Shown one piece after another: positions 1-7,492 of a DNA stretch of 43,164 nucleotides. The DNA lies in IMG/VR virus record IMGVR_UViG_3300015245_000019. One strand, written 5' to 3'. The stretch comes from a virus. The notes beneath the pieces are model-generated. The model did no database searches. It was given only the letters and a program-made list of their open reading frames with translations, and had not been told where the DNA came from. A program made the translations under genes and the position numbers. Position 1 is the stretch's first letter. Every line of letters begins with the position of its first letter.

Positions 1-77
1 CAATGATATTCTTCTGATTCCGCACGTCGATCACGGGCAGTTCCGGCAAATTGACTCCTCGGACGCTATTCTCGAAG
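1..77. repeat. Terminal direct repeat, copy 1 of 2 (circular-closure overlap)
   Basis: Bases 1-77 (caatgatattcttctgattccgcacgtcgatcacgggcagttccggcaaattgactcctcggacgctattctcgaag) recur exactly at 43088-43164. The repeat lies inside an open reading frame. Confidence 0.97.
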
Positions 78-88
78 GGTGGTGGTAG
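1..88 (+). CDS. 3' end of the wrap-around gp11-like gene that starts at 42255
   Basis: When the ends are joined through the 77-nt overlap, the frame arriving at 43164 continues as ...DAILEGWW. It stops at TAG 86-88. Confidence 0.8.
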   Translation, partial: NDILLIPHVDHGQFRQIDSSDAILEGWW

Positions 89-98
89 GCGGTAGCCC

Positions 99-2546
99 TT
101 GCCAGAACTCACACCTGAGCCCCTTGATGGCGGCCTTGTAACCGCACGAGACCCCGCTACGCTGACGCCGGGCGAGCTGACCCTCGCTAACAACGCCTAT
201 TACCTCCCCAACGACTCCGCAATCCACAAGGTCAAAGGCAGAACAAAGTATAACACTGTGGCTCTGGGTTCTGCCGGCAATGTAAAGGGGCTCAGATACT
301 TAGAGTTTGACGACGCCACGGCCATTGTGGCGGCGCACGAGGCAAGCAGCATCCGTCTCAGCACCTTTGCCGCCGAGACGGGAGATTTCTCCACGCTGAC
401 GCCGATCTCTTCCGTGGGATCAGGCCAGTCGATGGACTCCATCCAGTACGCTAACAAGCACTACCTGCTAATCGGCGCGGGACAGAACCAGGTCGTCAAG
501 GGAGACGGCACGTTCCGGAACCACGGAATGGTGCCGGTGCCGGAACTCACCACGCCGCCGGCGATCAGTGCCGGCGCCTGGTCCACGCAGCTCGGGACCG
601 GCTTCTTCCATTTCTTCACGACGGAAGTCTTCATCGATGCGTTAAACGGCGATGAGCTGGAGAGCGCTTTCACAGGCACGCCGCAAAGTGTGAATGTCAC
701 CGCGGTGGCGTCGCAGCAAGTCACGGTGACGAGATCCACACTGTCGAACCCAAACGCAACCCAGTGGCGCGTCTATATGGCTGGGCCAACGGTGACGGAG
801 ACGCCGATTCCTCTTCTGAGCGACTTCCACCAGGTGGCAGAGCAGGACATCTCCAACACGACGGCACTGATTGGAAACCAAGCCCTTGTGGCGGGACGTC
901 TCCCTACGGCAAACGGGGCTACTGGATGGACGAACACCAGTAACGTGTTCTCGAATACCGACAACGCAGGAATGACCACTTCGACGAACCTGGCTAGCGT
1001 GCTGCTCAACACATTCGGGTTCTCTGGCGTGAGCGGCACGATTACCGGTTTTGAAGTAGCCATTCGGCTCAAGATGACGGGCTTCACTCCGAAGTTCTTC
1101 CTCGGGTCGAACAGCCCGCTGCTCATCATGGACCTGACCTACAACGGGACGAACTTCTTTCCTGGGAACAACACCACTGCTCCTGTAATCCGACAGATAC
1201 AAGGCGTTACCAGCGGATATGTCACTGTGATTATTGGGGATCCCCACAACCTGTGGGGGCGGAGCAGTTGGGCGTTGGCCGACCTGAATGCGAACGCCTC
1301 CTTCGGCATCCGTTTCAAGTACGGGCAAGAGTACGTGGGGGCCTCTAACGCCACGCTGGATGTGGACTGGGTGAAGATTGCCGTCCACTCCACCGGTTCG
1401 ACGAGACCAGTCAACCTAGAAGGGAAGGCGTTCCGCGTCGTCACGGTCGCCGAGGCCGGCATTGTGACGGTCTACCCAGCCGACATGCCGCCGCCGACGG
1501 CCAGTACGGGGGATATCTTCGAGGGGCAGTTGCTATTGAACGATGTGCAGGATCCCTCCATGTTGAGGGCCTCTCTTCCCGACGAGGTGGACTCTTTCCC
1601 CGGCCCGTACTTCGTGAACTTTGAGACGAAAGAACGGGACGAGGTCACGTTGATTCGGCGGGTCGGAAACAAGACCGTCGTGGCGTTGTCCCACCAGCTC
1701 TACAGGCTGAACTACTTCCCGCGGGAGACCGATGCCGAGTTCGACCGAGGCCGATGCTTCGAGGCTATATCGGAGAGCCATGGGATCGTGGGTCCCATGG
1801 CGGGGACGTTGTTCTCTCCGGACGGCGGACCGCTCCTCCTGGGTTACGTCGCTCACGAGGGCCTTCATGCAACAGACGCCTTCCAGACGAAGGTTCTGAA
1901 CAAGGATCTTGACTGGAGAACCACGGTAACGGCGTCGTCGTTGAAGGCCTCCATTCTCGTTAACTTCCCTATTCTGGAGCAGCTATGGCTCTACTACACC
2001 GTCTCGGGGGTGAACAAGGCGCTGGTCTATCACTACAACACGCAGCACCGGAAGGAGGACGGGTCGTTCAAGGCGACGGGGCCGATCGATGTCGCGGCGT
2101 TCTCGGCCTGTCTTGCACGTCTGTCCGGGGCGGACGTTCTCCTTACTGGGCAGAGCGGCGGCTTTGTGTATGTGGAGGATCGCGGCTACGACCACAACGC
2201 GGGAGGGACGATTCCTTTCGCTGTGCAGACGAGGGAGATGTACCCAGGCGGGTTTGCCGACCAGATCACGATGAACTCGATGTACGTGAGACACCGGGCT
2301 GACAGTCCCGTGGGGACAGTCACCGTGACGCCGATCACGAGGACCGACTCGGCGGCCCAAGTGACGCGGGCAGCAAAGACCTTCGCAAATACTAACGGCG
2401 GCGCAGCGATGATTGCGTGGTCGCATATCTTCGGATCACTGCAAGTCCAGCTCTCTGAGCCGGGAACAAATGGCGGAGGAGCGGTTCGTCTCACGGCTCT
2501 GGCGATGGAGCTAACTGGTCACGGTCTCCCGGAGAGCCGCACATGA
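99..2546 (+). CDS. Tail tubular protein B / nozzle-like virion protein (T7 gp12-like by size and position)
   Basis: 815-aa ORF with a TTG start 10 nt after the stop of the gp11-like gene. Its stop overlaps the next start (ATGA at 2543-2546). Function is inferred from gp11-gp12 synteny and length only, not from motifs. Confidence 0.55.
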   Translation: MPELTPEPLDGGLVTARDPATLTPGELTLANNAYYLPNDSAIHKVKGRTKYNTVALGSAGNVKGLRYLEFDDATAIVAAHEASSIRLSTFAAETGDFSTLTPISSVGSGQSMDSIQYANKHYLLIGAGQNQVVKGDGTFRNHGMVPVPELTTPPAISAGAWSTQLGTGFFHFFTTEVFIDALNGDELESAFTGTPQSVNVTAVASQQVTVTRSTLSNPNATQWRVYMAGPTVTETPIPLLSDFHQVAEQDISNTTALIGNQALVAGRLPTANGATGWTNTSNVFSNTDNAGMTTSTNLASVLLNTFGFSGVSGTITGFEVAIRLKMTGFTPKFFLGSNSPLLIMDLTYNGTNFFPGNNTTAPVIRQIQGVTSGYVTVIIGDPHNLWGRSSWALADLNANASFGIRFKYGQEYVGASNATLDVDWVKIAVHSTGSTRPVNLEGKAFRVVTVAEAGIVTVYPADMPPPTASTGDIFEGQLLLNDVQDPSMLRASLPDEVDSFPGPYFVNFETKERDEVTLIRRVGNKTVVALSHQLYRLNYFPRETDAEFDRGRCFEAISESHGIVGPMAGTLFSPDGGPLLLGYVAHEGLHATDAFQTKVLNKDLDWRTTVTASSLKASILVNFPILEQLWLYYTVSGVNKALVYHYNTQHRKEDGSFKATGPIDVAAFSACLARLSGADVLLTGQSGGFVYVEDRGYDHNAGGTIPFAVQTREMYPGGFADQITMNSMYVRHRADSPVGTVTVTPITRTDSAAQVTRAAKTFANTNGGAAMIAWSHIFGSLQVQLSEPGTNGGGAVRLTALAMELTGHGLPESRT

Positions 2547-5536
2547 GCGGTATGAGGAGCTACCGGCCGATGAGGATCGGGGCCATTACCGATCCTCAGC
2601 TTCGCCGCGAGTTGCAGGGGACCGACGACTGGCTTCGGCAGCTCTCGACCAATCAGGCAAGGCTCGTCCAGATGCCGCCGGGAACGCCCACTGCGGTGAC
2701 GAATCCGTCTCCGACAGGAATCGATACGGGAGCCTTCCTCTATCTTCCAGGCCGCTCCCACGAGCAGATGTCGCTCGGCCCGGTGTCCTTCGACGCCTTC
2801 GGGCTTGCGTACAGCGACTCTGCACCGACGACAGAGAGGACTCTTTCTCTTCGGGCAACGACCAGCGACGGTTCTGCTCAGCCGGCGCGGGTGTTCCTCG
2901 GCATCCAGGGCTCCCGAGTCGGTACTACCGCTTCGGCCCAAAAGCGGTACTGGGCGTTTCCGTCGTTCACGGAGATCAACACGGGACCGTCCACGGGACT
3001 CCACTACTTCGTGGACCAGGACGACTACCAGTCGCTGTCGAAGAAGACGTTGAACAACGACTGCTACCTGAAGCTCGAAGACACCGTGGGCGGAAGCGGG
3101 ATCATCAACGCGGGGAGGACGAGTGTTCTTCAGTTCGCGTGGGGTAGCGGCTATCCCGCCGGGGGCGGCAGCGCCGTGACACCGACCACCCTCACGGGCG
3201 TGGTGCCGTCACTCCAGATCCCAGGGCTCGACTACAAAGATAGTGGGGTGGGGGTACGGGACCGCACCCACGTGTGGTGTATCTTGAAGAGCGACCATAC
3301 CGACACGACTCCCTTCGAGCCGGGAACACCAGTCTTCGGATCGTCTTCGGGGAAGGAACTCTACGCAATGTTCGGGACGGCGCAAGGCACGCTGGCTGCG
3401 CCGGCGACGAACTCCTTCCCGATCTGGCATGCGGTGGTGACACAGAGCTGCACGTTTACGCTGTCGAGTCCCACTGCCACGATGGCGAGCACTACAGGTA
3501 TTGTGAAGGGAATGCGGATGAGGGAGACGCTGAATGCGTACTCTCTTCCCGAGAACATGCACGTGCTGTCTGTGGATTCTCCCACGCAGATTACGATGGG
3601 TGCCAATTGGCCGGCTTCTAACCTCACACGCACGATCGATTTCTTCGGGATGACGTGGAGTGACACAGCGACCAGCGTGACGTTGTCGCACAGTGCGCTG
3701 ACCGGGCTCTCAGCTGACGATCACACGCAGTATCTTTTGCTGAATACCGCGGCACTGAATCGGGCCACTGGGCAGCGGATTGGGACGGCTACCCAAACTG
3801 GGAATAGCGATGACGTTGCTATTTCAGGACGGCTGAGCATTGGAACTGGCGCATATCAGCTAGGGCAGAAATTAGTTGTCTCTGACGTACTTTCCGCAAT
3901 AACAGGCGTGGTCAATCTTGCAAGACTCACTCCCAGTGTTACTGCTGTTGGTGGCTCTACTGCAACCTATCGTGCCTTACTTTGCCAAATTACAGGTGGT
4001 AGTTCTATAACAAGTAATTCTCCTAGTTTTGTAGGGGCATTTTTTACCGTTAGTCCTGCGATAACCTCCGGTAGCAGCGTGTCGGTGGGCGATTGTCTTG
4101 GTTTGGATATGAGTGCCACTATCCAAATTACTGCTACGGGATCAACGGCAAATTTGATCGCTGGGTTCCGTGGCGGGGCGCGTGGCGGCGCGAGCAACAT
4201 GGGGGACACTTTTGTAAATACCCAAATATCGGGTGCCCTCAGTGTTGTGTCCTCTGGGACTGGTAAGACGCAAGCTATGAATGGTCTCAATCTGACCATG
4301 GACACGGCTAACAAGTCCTACAGTCTTACGACGCGAACAGCCGGCATTAACTTGGATCTTTTCGGAAATACGGGCAACACATCGTGGGGCAAGACGAACT
4401 GGCCATGTGTCGTGACTGGCGGTAGTGCCAATTTGACATCTTTCACCAATGCTGGACAGATCCAAGTTGGCCAGTACGTATCCGGTACCAACATCCCGTC
4501 CGGCTCCTACGTAATCGCCACAGACAATGTCATGCTCATAGTTACACTGAACAATAATGCCACTGGAGCTGGAACGTCTGTCGATGTGTGGGGAACGACT
4601 GTCTACTGGTCTGGGATATACCGTAGTTTTGCGCTTCCGTTGGGAGGTGAGGTTACAAATGGCCGATTCGTTGATCTCCAGGCCGACATTCCGAGCCAAC
4701 ACTATGGCGCCTTTTACTTCCGGCCTCCGACGGCGTCCTCTTACCCTGCGCCTACGGCATGGGTTCACATTGGTGCTGGAGCGGCAGCGGCTGGATCTGC
4801 ACCACTGAAGCTAACGTCAGGTACTAGTCTCACGACAGCTGAAGCCGGCGCAATGGAGTTTACGACTGACGATTTCTTTCTGACGATCACTACGGGTGCG
4901 GCTCGTAAAGGCATCGTCCTCGATAACGGATCTCGCCTTACCTCTGGAAGAGTGCCGTTTGCCACGACCAATGGTCGGCTGATTGACGATTCGGACATGA
5001 CATTTAGCGTAGATACGTTGACTGTTACAAAGTTGGTTGTCGGAGCTGGGACTGCCGTTACCAATCTTCCAAAGACACTCTTCGATGACTTTGCTGATAT
5101 TGGCAACATCGGAACAGGAGAAGATGATCTTTTCTCTCATACGATTGCTGCAAGTCAGTTAGCGACAAACGGAGACAAACTGACTTCCAACATGGCTGGA
5201 ATCTTCGTCTCTTCTGCGACTGCAACACGGCGACTGAAAGCTTACTTTGGCGGCACATTGATCTATGACTCTTCTGCCCTTTCTCTCTCCACTTCGAGTG
5301 ACTGGGACATGAAGATGATTGTTCTTCGAGAGTCCAGTACGGTGGTCCGTTGTTCGGTCACAGTGAACACAACGACTGCCTCTAGCGCGCCCTATTGTCA
5401 GTACACGAGGATCACTGGGCTCACATTATCGAACACGAATGTCTTGAAGATCACTGGCGAGGCTGCCGGTGTTGGAGCGGCAACAGATGATATCGTAGCA
5501 AAACTTGGGACGATCGTCTTCGTTCCGGCAGCGTAG
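2543..5536 (+). CDS. Tail fibre / receptor-binding protein
   Basis: 997 aa. The segment SAPLKLTSGTSLTTAEAGAMEFTTDDFFLT matches the conserved phage tail-fibre motif (APLKF.SG.LLT.PE.GA.E) as I recall it. The middle is long and Gly/Ser/Thr-rich. GC content drops after about 3780. Confidence 0.75.
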   Translation: MSGMRSYRPMRIGAITDPQLRRELQGTDDWLRQLSTNQARLVQMPPGTPTAVTNPSPTGIDTGAFLYLPGRSHEQMSLGPVSFDAFGLAYSDSAPTTERTLSLRATTSDGSAQPARVFLGIQGSRVGTTASAQKRYWAFPSFTEINTGPSTGLHYFVDQDDYQSLSKKTLNNDCYLKLEDTVGGSGIINAGRTSVLQFAWGSGYPAGGGSAVTPTTLTGVVPSLQIPGLDYKDSGVGVRDRTHVWCILKSDHTDTTPFEPGTPVFGSSSGKELYAMFGTAQGTLAAPATNSFPIWHAVVTQSCTFTLSSPTATMASTTGIVKGMRMRETLNAYSLPENMHVLSVDSPTQITMGANWPASNLTRTIDFFGMTWSDTATSVTLSHSALTGLSADDHTQYLLLNTAALNRATGQRIGTATQTGNSDDVAISGRLSIGTGAYQLGQKLVVSDVLSAITGVVNLARLTPSVTAVGGSTATYRALLCQITGGSSITSNSPSFVGAFFTVSPAITSGSSVSVGDCLGLDMSATIQITATGSTANLIAGFRGGARGGASNMGDTFVNTQISGALSVVSSGTGKTQAMNGLNLTMDTANKSYSLTTRTAGINLDLFGNTGNTSWGKTNWPCVVTGGSANLTSFTNAGQIQVGQYVSGTNIPSGSYVIATDNVMLIVTLNNNATGAGTSVDVWGTTVYWSGIYRSFALPLGGEVTNGRFVDLQADIPSQHYGAFYFRPPTASSYPAPTAWVHIGAGAAAAGSAPLKLTSGTSLTTAEAGAMEFTTDDFFLTITTGAARKGIVLDNGSRLTSGRVPFATTNGRLIDDSDMTFSVDTLTVTKLVVGAGTAVTNLPKTLFDDFADIGNIGTGEDDLFSHTIAASQLATNGDKLTSNMAGIFVSSATATRRLKAYFGGTLIYDSSALSLSTSSDWDMKMIVLRESSTVVRCSVTVNTTTASSAPYCQYTRITGLTLSNTNVLKITGEAAGVGAATDDIVAKLGTIVFVPAA

Positions 5537-5546
5537 GAGACGATAG

Positions 5547-5864
5547 ATGGCCACTAGAACACAGGCAAAGGCGGCAATCGATAACGTGGCGATTGCCATT
5601 AAGGCGGACATCGATGCGATTGTTCCAGCTACCGCAAATATCTCGGACGGCAACATTGCCTTTACTCCGCAGCACTGGAACATTTATATCAATGCCGGTG
5701 GGAGTTCGACGACAGCGGATTCTTTCTTGGCGACAATCACTGCTAATCTAGCGACTGCAGGCCGCGCGACGACAGTCACGCGGAGTGGCCGGCGTTCCGA
5801 CGATTCAGACCACACCATCACGATTAAGACAACACTGGCGAACTATCTCATTGTAAACTTCTAG
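5547..5864 (+). CDS. Hypothetical protein (possible fibre accessory)
   Basis: 105-aa ORF with an RBS (taGGAGacgatagATG), directly after the fibre gene. No recognisable motif. Confidence 0.5.
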   Translation: MATRTQAKAAIDNVAIAIKADIDAIVPATANISDGNIAFTPQHWNIYINAGGSSTTADSFLATITANLATAGRATTVTRSGRRSDDSDHTITIKTTLANYLIVNF

Positions 5865-5888
5865 CGGGGCAGTGGGAGGGGAACGACC

Positions 5889-6446
5889 ATGGCAATGACG
5901 CAGGGCACCAGTAACATCGGGGCTGCAATTGGTGGCGCAGCCGGTACGGCCTTTCCGATCTTCGGTGCGCTGGGTGCCGTCGGGGGACTGCTCGGTACTC
6001 TCTTCGGTGGCCAAAAGCCGCCGTCGGCTGACGAACTAAAACGTCTCTTCGGTCCTGGAGCGCTAGCCGGCGATACCCAGCAGCTGTACCAGCTGCTGGC
6101 CAACTCTCCGCAGTTTCGGCAACAACTATCCCAGAACAACATCAATGCGAGCGGCTTCGAGCACAACCTCCGCGGTGGTCTTGCGGCGCGCGGCCTTACC
6201 ACGAGCGGCGTGGGGACGATCGCTACGGCTGCGGGTCAGTCCGCGGGACAGTACGGCGAGCAGGCCCTCCGAGGTGGGCTCTTCGGGACGGCAGGCGACA
6301 TGGCGCAGCAGAACCTACTGGCTCGTCTTCAAGCGTTCATGCAGAGCCTGCAGTTGGGGATGCAACAGCCGAGCACGTTGCAGCGGTTTGGCGGAGGCCT
6401 TGGTCTTGCCGGCGGGCAGTTCCAGAGCCTGTTCGGGGGTAAGTAA
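5889..6446 (+). CDS. Internal virion protein candidate with Gly-zipper hydrophobic segment
   Basis: 185 aa. The N-terminus IGAAIGGAAGTAFPIFGALGAVGGLLGTLFGG looks membrane-like. The stop overlaps the next start (TAATG). Role is inferred from the gp14-like position. Confidence 0.5.
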   Translation: MAMTQGTSNIGAAIGGAAGTAFPIFGALGAVGGLLGTLFGGQKPPSADELKRLFGPGALAGDTQQLYQLLANSPQFRQQLSQNNINASGFEHNLRGGLAARGLTTSGVGTIATAAGQSAGQYGEQALRGGLFGTAGDMAQQNLLARLQAFMQSLQLGMQQPSTLQRFGGGLGLAGGQFQSLFGGK

Positions 6447-7492
6447 TGGCCCTCCAGATGCAGCCGACCCATCAGACCTACACGGCGGATCCTGTCGCTG
6501 CGGTGAAGGAGAGCTTTACTCTGTCCGGCTCGGGAGGGGGAGACGCGGGGCCTGGCGGAAGAGCGCCAACGCCGAAGGCTCAACCTGCTGTGGCATTGCC
6601 GCCTCCGCTCTCCACAGCGACGATCGAGTCGCTCTATCAGCCACTCCGGCACGACATCGAGACGTTGCCGCCGCCTGCGGCACGACCAGTGCCGCCGCCG
6701 CCTCCTGCGCTGAACTCCTTCCTTTCGCTCTTGGGGGCGAACTTGGGGGCCTCTCTTCTCCGGGACCCCGGAGCTGCGGACAAGATCTTCGGCTACATGC
6801 AGGAAAAGGAACAGCAGAGACAGGCGATCGAAGACCAGAACTACGCGCAGAATCTTGCCTTTAACGAGAACAAGAAGGCGCAGCTGGTGGCGATCCGCGG
6901 GAAGGCCCTTGAGACGGCACTTCAGGTGGCGATCCAGTCGAACGACGCGGAGCGGGCTGCGAAGATCGCGGAGAACCTCCACAGGCTGCAGGCCGAGACC
7001 CAGGCTCAGACCGTGATTCCGGCGATGTCGAGCCTCCAGATCGAAAAGGCTAAAGAGATCGGTCGGCAACAAAGACTTACGCTGGCGGATCAGATCAAGA
7101 TGAAGCTGGAGGCAACGACTGCCTCCGGCAAACTGCAGCCGATCACGGGGAAAGACTTCCTCAAATCGATCGACGACATTAACAAGAATAAGGAACTCAC
7201 GACCCACGAAAACGGTCTCCTTGGCGGGCTCCTGCAAGGCATCTTTGGCGGAGATAAGAAGGTCTCGAAGAAAGACATGCTGAAGGCGTCTTTTGTTACG
7301 GGGATCATGGCCGGGGATCCGGGCGTGAAGGCCGACGCAAAGCGCCGGCTCTTGATGACGGTCTACTCGGACCTCGGCTGGCTCGGGAAGAAGGACGTGT
7401 CGAAAATTCTTACCCCGCAGGAAGAGGCCCAGCTCTCCAACAAGCTGGCGGAATACGGGGTTACGTTCGACATGCTGGATAACATCAAGTGA
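6446..7492 (+). CDS. Internal virion protein candidate (Pro-rich N-terminus, long coiled coil)
   Basis: 348 aa with start/stop coupling on both sides. Heptad-like Q/A/E/K-rich middle. Role is inferred from position only. Confidence 0.5.
   Translation: MALQMQPTHQTYTADPVAAVKESFTLSGSGGGDAGPGGRAPTPKAQPAVALPPPLSTATIESLYQPLRHDIETLPPPAARPVPPPPPALNSFLSLLGANLGASLLRDPGAADKIFGYMQEKEQQRQAIEDQNYAQNLAFNENKKAQLVAIRGKALETALQVAIQSNDAERAAKIAENLHRLQAETQAQTVIPAMSSLQIEKAKEIGRQQRLTLADQIKMKLEATTASGKLQPITGKDFLKSIDDINKNKELTTHENGLLGGLLQGIFGGDKKVSKKDMLKASFVTGIMAGDPGVKADAKRRLLMTVYSDLGWLGKKDVSKILTPQEEAQLSNKLAEYGVTFDMLDNIK

Noticed and set aside
1-77. The 77-nt end repeat as a genuine phage direct terminal repeat.
   Set aside because: It lies inside an ORF that reads straight through it. 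It is also short compared with T7-type terminal repeats. An assembler overlap on a circular contig explains it more simply, although read data could overturn this.
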